DNA from: an uncultured bacterium
GTDB lineage: Bacteria; Patescibacteriota; Minisyncoccia; UBA6257; 2-01-FULL-56-20
NCBI GenBank assembly: GCA_963707865.1
Contig: OY970175.1
Span: forward strand, 300,352 to 364,351
Length of the DNA: 64,000 nt
Reading direction: 5' to 3'
Each line of letters begins with the position of its first letter. The stretch's first letter is position 1. Positions 19,252 to 28,492 of this stretch are shown one piece after another. Below the pieces are notes generated by a model. The model did no database searches and was not told where the DNA came from. It was given only the letters and a program-made list of their open reading frames with translations. The position numbers and the translations under genes were made by a program.

Positions 19252-19409
19252 GATTCTTCTGGCCAGTTTCGGCTGCGAAAGGCGACTGCCTCCTCGGAGT
19301 AGACAAAGCTACACCTTCGTCGGCATTCGCCTTTCTCGCTCGAAACTGTTTCAAAATCCTCACGAGCATACTTTTGGGATGGGTTCTGCGCATAGTACCC
19401 TAGATTATA

Positions 19410-20009
19410 TCACATTCTTGAAAACGGGAATTTCTGGAGGATGGCGTATTCGGCGCCATCGCGACGAAGCGTGGATTCCATAAAGTCCAAGCTTTCCACG
19501 GGAACGCGGATGCGGAGTGCGCGACGGAGGGGCGGCAGCGATGCGCCGCGCATCTCGCCGTTAAATCGCGCGAGGGTGATGTGGCCGCCGAACGGTCTCG
19601 TTTCCCTGATAAACGGCACCTGCTCCGCGACCAGCCGGTCTTCAAGAAACTCCTTTACGGCGGAAAGTTTTTTGGAGTTCTCCTCTGCCGCGCACAGCCA
19701 CAGCATCCTCTTTGCGTGCCCTCGCGGCGGGCCATACGTTAATGTATCAAAGATAATTTCCTGCGCCGAAAATTGTTTCGTAGTGGCTTCCGCGGCGCGC
19801 ATGATTTTGGGGAATTCGGTGTCGTCCTCGTAGCCCAAAAATGACATGGTGAGATGCCAGTTCGCGGACGGTACGAGCCGGATCCGACGGAGAAGATCGG
19901 GCGCGAATTTCTTCTCCGCCTCTTCGGACACTTTCGCTACCTCTCGCCGCGCGGTATCGGTGAGATTCACGGCAATGAAAAGTCGGTGGCGCATAATTAC
20001 AGGATACAT
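19410..20009 (-). CDS. thpR: RNA 2',3'-cyclic phosphodiesterase (2H family, LigT/ThpR)
   Basis: Two H-x-T/S-x motifs, HLTMSFLG and HITLARF. About 195 aa. The true start may be the MRHRLFIAV methionine 5 codons in. Confidence 0.8.
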   Translation of the reverse strand: MYPVIMRHRLFIAVNLTDTARREVAKVSEEAEKKFAPDLLRRIRLVPSANWHLTMSFLGYEDDTEFPKIMRAAEATTKQFSAQEIIFDTLTYGPPRGHAKRMLWLCAAEENSKKLSAVKEFLEDRLVAEQVPFIRETRPFGGHITLARFNGEMRGASLPPLRRALRIRVPVESLDFMESTLRRDGAEYAILQKFPFSRM

Positions 20010-20023
20010 TAAAATGAAATGGA

Positions 20024-20293
20024 ATGGCTAAATCGCAATCGGCATACATAAAGGAATTAAAGCGAAGAGCGGCCACATCGCACGTGTATCGGAAGCACCA
20101 GCTTCTGGGGCTTTTGATCGCACAAACCCTGAAAGACGAAAGGCATAAATCGCTCTACATCAAGCTCGCAAAAGAAAGGGGCGGCGAACGCCTCCTCGCG
20201 CTCGCGAAGGAAGTCGCGGAAAAAAGGAATGTGAAAAACCGGGGAGCGTACTTCATGGCGCTCCTTAAAGAATATTTCGGCCATGGCAGATGA
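20024..20293 (+). CDS. hypothetical basic 89-aa protein
   Basis: Lys/Arg-rich helical sequence. Overlaps the def start by 11 nt. No recognisable domain. Confidence 0.4.
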   Translation: MAKSQSAYIKELKRRAATSHVYRKHQLLGLLIAQTLKDERHKSLYIKLAKERGGERLLALAKEVAEKRNVKNRGAYFMALLKEYFGHGR

Positions 20294-20780
20294 AATTGTT
20301 GCGGTAGGCAATAAAAACAATGAAAAAATCCTGCGTAAAAAAGCAGTTGATTTTGATTTCAAGAAATTTACGCGGAAAGAAGTGAACGAATTCGTCGCCA
20401 CAATGCGCCGCGTCATGAAAGCGGCGAACGGCATCGGCCTTTCCGCAAACCAGATCGGCCTCCCCTACCGGGTGTTCGTCGCCGAAGTGCCGGACGCGCA
20501 GGGCGGCACGAAATTTTATGCCGTGTTCAATCCGAAAATTGAAAAAGTGAGCGACGAAACCGTGCCGTACGAGGAAGGATGTTTGAGCGTGCCCGGCGTC
20601 TGGGGCGACGTCACGCGTCCCGCGAGGATCATGGTAAGCGGTTTTGATAAGAACGGGAAACCCGCAAAAGTAAAGGCGTGGGGACTCCTCGCGCGCGTGT
20701 TCCAGCACGAGGTGGACCATCTGAACGGAAAACTTTTCATTGATCGAACGAAGAAGCTACGGAAAATTTCTCATGCCTAA
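20283..20780 (+). CDS. def: peptide deformylase
   Basis: GIGLSANQIG, EGCLSVPG, HEVDHLNG, the three PDF motifs. Confidence 0.9.
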   Translation: MADEIVAVGNKNNEKILRKKAVDFDFKKFTRKEVNEFVATMRRVMKAANGIGLSANQIGLPYRVFVAEVPDAQGGTKFYAVFNPKIEKVSDETVPYEEGCLSVPGVWGDVTRPARIMVSGFDKNGKPAKVKAWGLLARVFQHEVDHLNGKLFIDRTKKLRKISHA

Positions 20781-20786
20781 TTTCCA

Positions 20787-21617
20787 ATGAAGTACGTCTT
20801 TTTCGGCACGCCGCGCTTCGCGGAAATCATTCTTGAGCGCCTCCTCCGCGCGGACATGCCGCCAGTGGCCCTTGTATGCAATCCCGACCGACCAACCGGA
20901 CGGAAAAAGGTTATCACTCCCCCGCCGACAAAGCGGCTCGTGCTCTCGCGCGGCGCGGAAAATTCCCGCATCAAAATTTTCCAGCCAGAAAAATTGGATG
21001 AATATTTTATCGGAGAACTCGCCGCGCTGGGCGTGGATTTTTTCCTGGTCGCGGCCTACGCGAAGATCATTCCAAGGGCCGTGCTTGACGTTCCTCGCCT
21101 TGGCGTGATTGGCGTCCATCCCTCGCTCCTGCCCAAATACCGCGGCGCTTCCCCTATCCAATCGGCTATTTTGAACGGCGAGCGCGAAACCGGCGTCACG
21201 CTGTACTTGATGGATACAAAGATGGACCATGGGCCAATCCTTGCGCATGATGCGATCCCGGTAGACAGTTTAAAGACGAATTATTGCGAACTTGAGGAAA
21301 AACTTGCAAATCTTGGTGCGGCACTCCTCATAAAAACCCTGCCGGCGTTCGTAGGGGGGAAGCTTATGCCAGAGGCGCAGAATGAACGGGAGGCTACCTA
21401 TACGAAAAAATTTGCGACGGAAGACGGTTTTGTGGATGGGACAAAAGAATCCCCGGAAGAGATTGTCCGGAAAATCAATGCCCTCACGCCCGAACCGGGC
21501 GTCTGGACCGTGCGGAACGGTAAGCGGGTAAAACTGCTCAAAGCTGAAGTCCGCGGCAACGCGCTCCGCCCCCTCCTTGTCCAAGAAGAAGGCAGGAAAC
21601 CGGCTGCGCCCGATTAG
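20787..21617 (+). CDS. fmt: methionyl-tRNA formyltransferase
   Basis: VFFGTPRFA N-terminus and HPSLLPKYRGASPIQSAILNGE formyltransferase motif. Follows def. Confidence 0.9.
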   Translation: MKYVFFGTPRFAEIILERLLRADMPPVALVCNPDRPTGRKKVITPPPTKRLVLSRGAENSRIKIFQPEKLDEYFIGELAALGVDFFLVAAYAKIIPRAVLDVPRLGVIGVHPSLLPKYRGASPIQSAILNGERETGVTLYLMDTKMDHGPILAHDAIPVDSLKTNYCELEEKLANLGAALLIKTLPAFVGGKLMPEAQNEREATYTKKFATEDGFVDGTKESPEEIVRKINALTPEPGVWTVRNGKRVKLLKAEVRGNALRPLLVQEEGRKPAAPD

Positions 21618-21621
21618 ATGG

Positions 21622-23730
21622 TCACATTTTCTTCTCTTCCTCCTCTATTTTCCAAATCTCCTTGCCGACATATTCGTCAACATCCGCAAGATCCTTTTTT
21701 ATTTTCCCCTCGCGCGCCATTTCTTCGCCGGAAAGCGCCCTTTTCCCTTTCATGGTTTGCAGATATGCGAACTCCCGCTCAATATCGCGCCGAAGTACGG
21801 AGAAGCCACGCCGCAGCGAGTCCTCCGCCTCGTGCACGAGCGCCTCAAGCCGCATGCGCATGGCGCGGGTGCGATGGAGCGCACTCAAGAAAACATATGC
21901 GAGCACCAGCGCAACCACAAGGAAAATAATGGCGAGCGCAAGGTAGAGTTCCTCGTAATTCAAGCGAATGCCGCCGATTGCAATCGCTGTGGGCGCCACG
22001 GTGATATCCACGCGCGGGGATGGCGGACTCATTTCATTTCCCGAAGCAAGCTCTGCCCACACGACGTAGTGCCCGGAATCAAGGAGCTGCGGGAACGAAT
22101 AGAACCAGTTGCCGTCGGCACCCACGGTTGTAGCACCCGAAAAGGTATTCCCCGTCTCCGCCTGTTCAATATAGACGACCACGGTGGAACTGGGCACGTT
22201 CGCCCATCCGCCCAGGTAGAGAACCTCGTCGTTCGTGAGGGTGCGTGGGTAGAGATTGATAATCGGAGGATCCAACGCAAGGCCCTGCGCTGCGGGCGCA
22301 GTGACCGCCGTTGCGGCCGCGGTCGCCGCCTGCGCAGGACGGGATACTACGGCGCCGAACGAGACGCCGACGCAGAACAAGACAACCACGAGTTTTTTGA
22401 GCGCCTCTTCGTATTCCCGCTGTTTTTTCTTCAGCTCCGCAAGTTTCTGCGCAATCTCCGGATGCCCCGCGGCGCCACGTTCAAGGCGATGTTCAAGTTC
22501 CCGGTGCAACTTCCACAACTTGTATATGCCGTATACCAAGAGCGCGAGGATGATGAGAAGCACACCGATAACATATGGCCAAGGCACGAGGACGCCTCCC
22601 CCGATGCGAAGACCGTCGGTTCCGACCACCTGGAATAACGGGCTTACAATGTCAATCTGCTGCGTTGCCTGGTAAAAGTCGCCTGCAAGATTATACGCGC
22701 GCACGACCACGTCGTAAGAGCCAAGGGCGAGGTGTTGAGTGTACGGCGACGACGCCTCAATGAAAAACGGCTTATTGTTCTGTGCAACTTCCGCAAGCGG
22801 TGGGTCAAGCGGTATGAACTTTATGTCATAGTGATCAATGCCGGAAACGGCGTCGGTCGTCTGAAAAAAAACGATAGGATCCTGATCGGTGGTGCGCGTG
22901 CCGGGCGAAATATTCAGCGTGAAGGCGGCAGGTGGCGCCACATCCACCCGTATTGGAAAATGGGTAGTGCCGCCCCACGCGCCTTCCACGAGGGACTTGA
23001 TATGGAAATAATAGATGCCGTCCGAAAGATTGTTATACACCGTGCGGTCGGAGGTACCTTCCGAAATGTTGTCGGGGATGGTTGCGGGTGAATTGTCCAG
23101 CACGTAGCTGTATCCCTGCGCCGGCTTTCGGGCTAACCAGTCCAGCACGACCGAGTTCGCGTTGTACCATTTGCTCTGATCGGGATTCGTGGGGGACGTC
23201 ACCGTCGGCCCCGCCGGCGGCGGCACGGTAAGATTGTAAATGCCGTCGGTGGTCTGGCTTAAAATGTCGGTCCCGACCCCATCGTTCGCGAGTATTCTTG
23301 AGCCATCAAGAAATTTCACCGTCGCGGCGCCCGTATCCATCACGCGGAAGACGATGGTGGAAAGGAGTCCGGCAGTCGTATTGATGCCCGGACTCGGCAT
23401 CGTCCCTTGAAATTTTAGCGTGCCTTGGCTGTTGGAATAGCTCGGCTGGGTAACCCATATCTGCACGAACGAGTTGCCCGTGGTCGGTGAAACCACCTGC
23501 AATTTGTCCGCAGGGAAAGAGAGATCGGCCTCCACCGCATTCACCGATTGCCCGCCGGTGTTCAAATAAATGGAAACGGTGAATGTGTCCCCCACCGCAA
23601 AACTTCCCGTAGCAGGCACGACGTAGAGAGACGCCCCGCTTGCGCGGACTTTGTGCGGGGAGGGGGCAAAAAATGAAACTGCAACAACGACCAGAAACCC
23701 AAAAATGAGCAGTTTTTTGGTGCCGTTCCT
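21622..23730 (-). CDS. large surface protein with cohesin-like N-terminal module and GIYYFHI-type Ig-like module; multiple TM segments
   Basis: ORF 21622..23844. Its first about 35 codons overlap the downstream gene, so the true start is probably near 23730 with a non-ATG start. LYVVPATGSFAVGDTFTVSIYLNTGGQSVNAVEADLSFPADKLQV is cohesin-like. ILANDGVGTDIL and DGIYYFHI blocks are shared with the 35997..38036 protein. Confidence 0.55.
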   Translation of the reverse strand, partial: RNGTKKLLIFGFLVVVAVSFFAPSPHKVRASGASLYVVPATGSFAVGDTFTVSIYLNTGGQSVNAVEADLSFPADKLQVVSPTTGNSFVQIWVTQPSYSNSQGTLKFQGTMPSPGINTTAGLLSTIVFRVMDTGAATVKFLDGSRILANDGVGTDILSQTTDGIYNLTVPPPAGPTVTSPTNPDQSKWYNANSVVLDWLARKPAQGYSYVLDNSPATIPDNISEGTSDRTVYNNLSDGIYYFHIKSLVEGAWGGTTHFPIRVDVAPPAAFTLNISPGTRTTDQDPIVFFQTTDAVSGIDHYDIKFIPLDPPLAEVAQNNKPFFIEASSPYTQHLALGSYDVVVRAYNLAGDFYQATQQIDIVSPLFQVVGTDGLRIGGGVLVPWPYVIGVLLIILALLVYGIYKLWKLHRELEHRLERGAAGHPEIAQKLAELKKKQREYEEALKKLVVVLFCVGVSFGAVVSRPAQAATAAATAVTAPAAQGLALDPPIINLYPRTLTNDEVLYLGGWANVPSSTVVVYIEQAETGNTFSGATTVGADGNWFYSFPQLLDSGHYVVWAELASGNEMSPPSPRVDITVAPTAIAIGGIRLNYEELYLALAIIFLVVALVLAYVFLSALHRTRAMRMRLEALVHEAEDSLRRGFSVLRRDIEREFAYLQTMKGKRALSGEEMAREGKIKKDLADVDEYVGKEIWKIEEEEKKM

Positions 23731-23738
23731 CACGTCTT

Positions 23739-24617
23739 TTATTGTACCATCTTCTTCTTCCCGCGCACCACGAAGAAAACGATGGTGGCGATCGCAAGGA
23801 GCACAATGGCGATCTCTGCGGCAAAAATCCAGAACGACGACCAATCAAAAAGAGTCTTTTCGGCTATGTTGCCTGCGTTATCGGTCGCGCGGAAATCAAC
23901 TTCCCACACGTCGTTCCGAAGTGGCGTGGGATTCACCGCTGGCTGCCATGCGCTCCAGAAAAATCCCGTGCGATATCGCAACTCGGTCTTTTGCACGCCA
24001 GAAACGTCGTCCCGCACCAAAAACGAAAGAAGTTTTTGACTGCCATTGAAGGGATCCGCTACGAACGAAATGGACTGGATTGTGGGCGATGCGGTATCGG
24101 CATTCCCACTCGCGGCGGACGCGGGCATTAAAGAAGAATTCGCGGCGGATGCAAGAACCGTCACGCGGGCACTTTTTGTCTGCGGGACGACCTTCGTCCC
24201 TTTGCCGTTCGCAAGGTATACGTACGGATGGTCCAAGGTGATGGCAGTAGTGCCGGTCGCGATGGAAGTGAAGTTGAGCGTCATGAGCAATCCCCCACTC
24301 CCCGCGAACGATGCGAGCGATCCACCGCTCCAGCTTATCACACTTCCCGGCCCGACAGTCGGTAAGCCCTGCGACACGGTTATGAGAGAGTTCGCGTTAT
24401 TCGCTCCGTCGTAATGCAAAGCCACGCCGTCATAATTCACCATAACCGCGTAGGCGTTCACGGGCTGGTCGGTATCAATCTGCACCAAGACCGGGAATGA
24501 AGCGCCGAGCGGAACGGAGCTTGTAGGAGCAACGACATACAACGTGGTGGCTGCAGCTGCACACAGGGGGAAAATGCCAGCGCCCAAAATAGTTCCGAAA
24601 AGAATGGGTTTTTTCAT
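23739..24617 (-). CDS. secreted cohesin-like domain protein with C-terminal TM anchor
   Basis: Signal peptide. TTLYVVAPTSSVPLGASFPVLVQIDTDQPVNAYAVMVNYDGVAL is homologous to the N-terminal module of the neighbouring gene. C-terminal TM helix plus basic tail. Confidence 0.55.
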   Translation of the reverse strand: MKKPILFGTILGAGIFPLCAAAATTLYVVAPTSSVPLGASFPVLVQIDTDQPVNAYAVMVNYDGVALHYDGANNANSLITVSQGLPTVGPGSVISWSGGSLASFAGSGGLLMTLNFTSIATGTTAITLDHPYVYLANGKGTKVVPQTKSARVTVLASAANSSLMPASAASGNADTASPTIQSISFVADPFNGSQKLLSFLVRDDVSGVQKTELRYRTGFFWSAWQPAVNPTPLRNDVWEVDFRATDNAGNIAEKTLFDWSSFWIFAAEIAIVLLAIATIVFFVVRGKKKMVQ

Positions 24618-24626
24618 GTTATGGTC

Positions 24627-26027
24627 TTATGGTCCCGTCCAGTAGTACATCAAGATGGAAACGTCACGGAAATCCACGATACCATCGCCACTAAGATCGT
24701 AACGAAGGGCGAGAGGGTCGGTCCTCCCGTAATAATAAAGCAGAATGGAAAGATCCACGATGTCCACGCGGTTGTCTCCGTTGAAATCCGCCCTTTGGTA
24801 CAGTGGCGTGATAAGGGGCGGGCCGGGATACCTGCTTGATCTGAAATATCCGGTACCACCGCCTCCGGCCGATGGGACTCCTATGACAGAGCCGGGACCC
24901 GTGGAGCCGCCGCCGGACGGCGAGAGCGGCGACGCCATCAACGTGAACGCACTGAAAGAATCGGTCGTAAACGTCACGGTTTTCCCTGCAGTATCACGAC
25001 TGAAAGCCGAGATGGCCGTCCAGCCGGAATCGGAACTTTCCCGCCGATATGGCGCGACCGTGCTCTCGTCAAACCCTGCTATCGCTGCTGCAGCGTAGTG
25101 CAAAACCACCGTGAGCGGTGCCGAAGTGGTCGCAACGGAAGCACCAGAAAAAATCGTGGAAAGCGTGACGTTATAGACCTGACTGATGAGATCAGCGCCC
25201 GTCGGAGGAGGATAAAAAGACGCATAGGTGTCCCCTTCGTACGCAAGCACCTGCAAACGGACGTCCTGCGAATAAAAATCCGGCGGCGCGGTGAAATCAA
25301 CGGGCACATTGTCCGTGCTTGTGAAGATATACGTGGTCGTGGCGGCAGCGGAAAGCGTGGTGGTTGCTACAGTTTGCGGAACAAGGAAGGAAGCAGTGAG
25401 CTTGGGATATTGGGTATAGGCATCCAGCGGCGTGCCGGAAGCATAGGTCATGCGGAAGAACCAGTTTTGCGAAGTGGTTGCGTCAAGGTTGATAAGCGAC
25501 CAATCCCATTCCCCGATATCGCCTCCCATAAGTTCTGTCGGCATTGCCGCGGAGGGGTTGGACTCCCCGTAACTTTCGCCCACAGTAGACGAAGCCAAAA
25601 GCATATTTGCGATGATCTGCCCGTCCCTGACGGAAGGATTGTCAAAGAATGCCCACGCCGTGGAAGTGCCTACGTCCGTCCAAGGGCCGGAAGTGGCGTT
25701 GGCATACTGGAGCGAAAGCGTGCTGCCCGCCGCGAGCGGCGCACCACCGGCGCTTCTTATGTTCATCCGCAGGCGCGCTTGGGTTCCCGCAATCGGAGCG
25801 TCGACGGCGGCGTTTTCGGCCGCAGCGGGCGCGGTCGGATCCAAACCGTCTATGTTCCCGAACCAGCGATACGCGTTCTGTATCGCAATCACGATCGGAG
25901 GGGTGGCGGTCACGGTCGCGGGAACATTCGCGGCATACGCCGCGGACGCCACACCGCGTGCCAAGAAGAGCCCCGCCTCAACCGCCACGACGAGAACAAG
26001 CCCCGCAGCAAGTATTTTCCATTTCAT
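24627..26027 (-). CDS. secreted dockerin-domain protein
   Basis: C-terminal duplicated dockerin repeats DFNGDNRVDIVDLSILL...DLSGDGIVDFRDVSILM. N-terminal signal peptide. 466 aa. Confidence 0.7.
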   Translation of the reverse strand: MKWKILAAGLVLVVAVEAGLFLARGVASAAYAANVPATVTATPPIVIAIQNAYRWFGNIDGLDPTAPAAAENAAVDAPIAGTQARLRMNIRSAGGAPLAAGSTLSLQYANATSGPWTDVGTSTAWAFFDNPSVRDGQIIANMLLASSTVGESYGESNPSAAMPTELMGGDIGEWDWSLINLDATTSQNWFFRMTYASGTPLDAYTQYPKLTASFLVPQTVATTTLSAAATTTYIFTSTDNVPVDFTAPPDFYSQDVRLQVLAYEGDTYASFYPPPTGADLISQVYNVTLSTIFSGASVATTSAPLTVVLHYAAAAIAGFDESTVAPYRRESSDSGWTAISAFSRDTAGKTVTFTTDSFSAFTLMASPLSPSGGGSTGPGSVIGVPSAGGGGTGYFRSSRYPGPPLITPLYQRADFNGDNRVDIVDLSILLYYYGRTDPLALRYDLSGDGIVDFRDVSILMYYWTGP

Positions 26028-26194
26028 TGATCATGCAGTTTGCTTCCGATGCCGAAGAATCGTCCACAAACGGCGCGCGACGAAAAGAACGGCGATCAAT
26101 CCGATCAGCCAATAGATCCAGTAATTTTCTATGAAGTTTACGATTTTGCTGTAGGGCGAGAGCGACCCTGCGGGAAGGACGTGGAAAATCGTCT

Positions 26195-26720
26195 TTTGAC
26201 ATCAGCAGCGCAAGCCCCGCGCTTCAGCGCGGGGGATAAGCCATATCCTCCGCCCATTGCGTTACAATGAGCGTATGCCCAAGCCCGTATTTTGGCGTGG
26301 CGGTCACACCGTGCACCGCTTTCTCTACCATGTGGTGTTCGTCCCCAAGTACCGAAGAAAGGTGCTCCAGCGGGAGCTCGTCCGACGGCTGACCTTGCTC
26401 TTCTACGAGTGTTGCAGGGTGAACCGGTGGTATATCCACGAACTGGCCATCATGCCTGACCATGTCCACCTGCTCCTCCAGCTCCCGCCGAGGACGTACT
26501 TTCCCCAAGCGGTGCAATACCTCAAGGGCGGGACAAGCAAGGTGATCAGGAAGGAATATCCGGAGCTGGAGGAATTCCTCTGGGGAGACAGCCTATGGGC
26601 GGATGGCTACTTTGCCGAGACCGTCGGACGAGCGAGCGAGACCGCCATGCGAAAATACATCCAAGCGCAATGGGCGGAGGAGAGGAACGCAAGCCACGGC
26701 CTTTAGGCCGTGGAGATTGA
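26195..26720 (+). mobile_element. IS200/IS605-family insertion sequence (tnpA only)
   Basis: Left subterminal hairpin CCCCGCGC-TTCA-GCGCGGGG at 26215..26234. Right hairpin CCACGGCC-TTTA-GGCCGTGG at 26694..26713 overlapping the tnpA stop. Encloses a Y1 transposase ORF. Confidence 0.75.
26275..26706 (+). CDS. tnpA: IS200-type Y1 (HUH) transposase TnpA
   Basis: HVVFVPKYRR...MPDHVHLLLQLPP (HUH motif) ...YIQAQ (catalytic Tyr region). About 143 aa from MPKPVFW. Confidence 0.85.
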   Translation: MPKPVFWRGGHTVHRFLYHVVFVPKYRRKVLQRELVRRLTLLFYECCRVNRWYIHELAIMPDHVHLLLQLPPRTYFPQAVQYLKGGTSKVIRKEYPELEEFLWGDSLWADGYFAETVGRASETAMRKYIQAQWAEERNASHGL

Positions 26721-27484
26721 CTTGCGACAATCTGATTGCCTTTATAAAACACCACGCTCCCCCAATAATCGCCGATACCAAGATGAAAGTCGGTCGGGAA
26801 TTCTATCGTATATTCCTGCGTCGTGAAGGGCGGCGTCTGCGGGAAACCGCCTTGTTTTGTCATATAGGCAAGCCGCACCGCGTCAAAATGGTCGTAGAGA
26901 TCAAACGTCGCCGTGTCAAATCCTTCCGGGATGTTTCCATCATTCTGAAAGCGCACGGTCGCGCGGGGATTCCAACCCTCTTCAATATCGGGCAGCGTGA
27001 TGAGCACCACCTTATAGCTCTCGTAGATGTTGTTCCCAACCGTAAGATTGATGGAAACATTCGCGGCAAGCGCAATCGTTACCTGGCCGGCACTCGCGGG
27101 TTCGGTTGTAAAAACAAGGGTTCCGGAGTATTTGCCGAGGCCTGCATCTTTCGGCACCGCGACGCTCACCACGACCGGAAATTGGCGCGTGCCCGCCGGG
27201 ATCACAAAATGAAAACCCTTATCAATGGAAAACCAACTTTTTATCGCGTCTGGGACGGTAATGTCCGCATGAATGCCGAGGTCTATGTTCGGCTGGTCCT
27301 GTACGAGATAGATTGTTTCCTTGTACGTAACGCCGGGCACGAGGTGATCCGTGTTCAGAAATGGCGGCGAGATGCCGAACGCGGCGCGCGCCGCTCCCGG
27401 CGCGATTAAAAATAAAATCGCCCCGCAAAGAATGGCTAAAAGCGATGGAACGGAAAACTTCTGGGGCGACCCTAAGACGCGCAT
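26546..27484 (-). CDS. hypothetical secreted protein; 3' end replaced by IS200 antisense sequence
   Basis: Signal peptide plus beta-rich body. The last about 55 codons (PRPKGRGLRSSPPP...) lie antisense to tnpA and look like read-through into the IS, suggesting the native C-terminus was disrupted. Confidence 0.5.
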   Translation of the reverse strand: MRVLGSPQKFSVPSLLAILCGAILFLIAPGAARAAFGISPPFLNTDHLVPGVTYKETIYLVQDQPNIDLGIHADITVPDAIKSWFSIDKGFHFVIPAGTRQFPVVVSVAVPKDAGLGKYSGTLVFTTEPASAGQVTIALAANVSINLTVGNNIYESYKVVLITLPDIEEGWNPRATVRFQNDGNIPEGFDTATFDLYDHFDAVRLAYMTKQGGFPQTPPFTTQEYTIEFPTDFHLGIGDYWGSVVFYKGNQIVASQSPRPKGRGLRSSPPPIALGCIFAWRSRSLVRRSRQSSHPPIGCLPRGIPPAPDIPS

Positions 27485-27514
27485 TGGTATGCCTCTACTA
27501 TATCACAGAGTACG

Positions 27515-28441
27515 TTAGCTGTGGAAGACGGAAGCGAAGGTTGAGGTCGCGTTATACGTGCCGGTTGCGGTGCCTGCGGGGACGGAAACCTTCCAATACT
27601 CGTAACTGGAAACAGTGCTCGTGGTTGTGGGCGAAGCAAGCAAAAACCCGGCAGCAGCTGTGGGGCTGTCGGTGAGCGCGGTGTCGCCCGTTCCGTATGT
27701 GAAGCCGGACGAGGTCGCGTAGTGCTGGGAGGTCGTTGCAAAATTATTGGACCCGGAAACAAAGTTCGTACCGGAAAGATTGAGGGTGGTGGAAGAGTTA
27801 CCCACATTCGCAATCGTGGTCGTCACACTCGTCGGGCTTGTGGAACTTGCCGCGAGTGACCCGTAACTGATAGATGCCTCCGAAACGTTGATGGCGTTCA
27901 GAATGCCGAGCGAGGTCGTAGCAGAATCTGCGGTATTCGTTGTGTTTTCCGGAGAGGTGAAGCTGATGGTCGCCCGCCAACTGTCCGAAGGGTAACTTGA
28001 CGAGGCATCCGTAGTGGAATCGGCAAAATAGTAAACATTGAACGTCGTCGTGGTATTGAAAGAGGTCCCCGCGCCGACGCAGGAAGATGTGGCGGTAAAC
28101 GCAGTGGCAGTGTAGCAGTTGAGATTGTTCTGCGTACAGGTTGAACCCTTCGTCGTCCGATAGAGTTCAATTGTTTCCGTGCCGTTCGTGAGAGAACTGC
28201 ACCCGTTGTTGTCCCCTATGATCGCCGTCACGTATATGGGCGTCGTCGTACTCGCAATAACCACTATGGGGGCGGGGCTGATCGCAAGCGACGTAATCGT
28301 TGGCGTTGCGGGACCCACGACCACTGAACTCTGGAGGGTGCTTGTGCTGCTTGCGTAGATCGTCTGATCAACAAGAAAAAGGCTTGCCACCAAAACAAAA
28401 TACGCAAAGACGAAGAGAAGGGCCTTTTTCTTACCTCTCAT
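27515..28441 (-). CDS. secreted Thr/Ser-rich protein, paralog of the C-terminal module of the adjacent giant protein
   Basis: Start MRGKKKALLFVF. The block SSYPSDSW...NVGNSSTT...SGSNNFATTSQHYATSS..TYGTGDTALTDS is shared with the last about 200 aa of the 28493..32656 protein. Confidence 0.55.
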   Translation of the reverse strand: MRGKKKALLFVFAYFVLVASLFLVDQTIYASSTSTLQSSVVVGPATPTITSLAISPAPIVVIASTTTPIYVTAIIGDNNGCSSLTNGTETIELYRTTKGSTCTQNNLNCYTATAFTATSSCVGAGTSFNTTTTFNVYYFADSTTDASSSYPSDSWRATISFTSPENTTNTADSATTSLGILNAINVSEASISYGSLAASSTSPTSVTTTIANVGNSSTTLNLSGTNFVSGSNNFATTSQHYATSSGFTYGTGDTALTDSPTAAAGFLLASPTTTSTVSSYEYWKVSVPAGTATGTYNATSTFASVFHS

Positions 28442-28492
28442 ATGTTTAAATTGTACCAAATTCGCATTTCAAGGCCTGTGGATAACTTTCAT

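Noticed and set aside
25098-26030. 310-aa plus-strand ORF rich in Arg/Gly
   Set aside because: Fully antisense to the dockerin-protein gene. Arg-rich composition is typical of GC-rich antisense frames.
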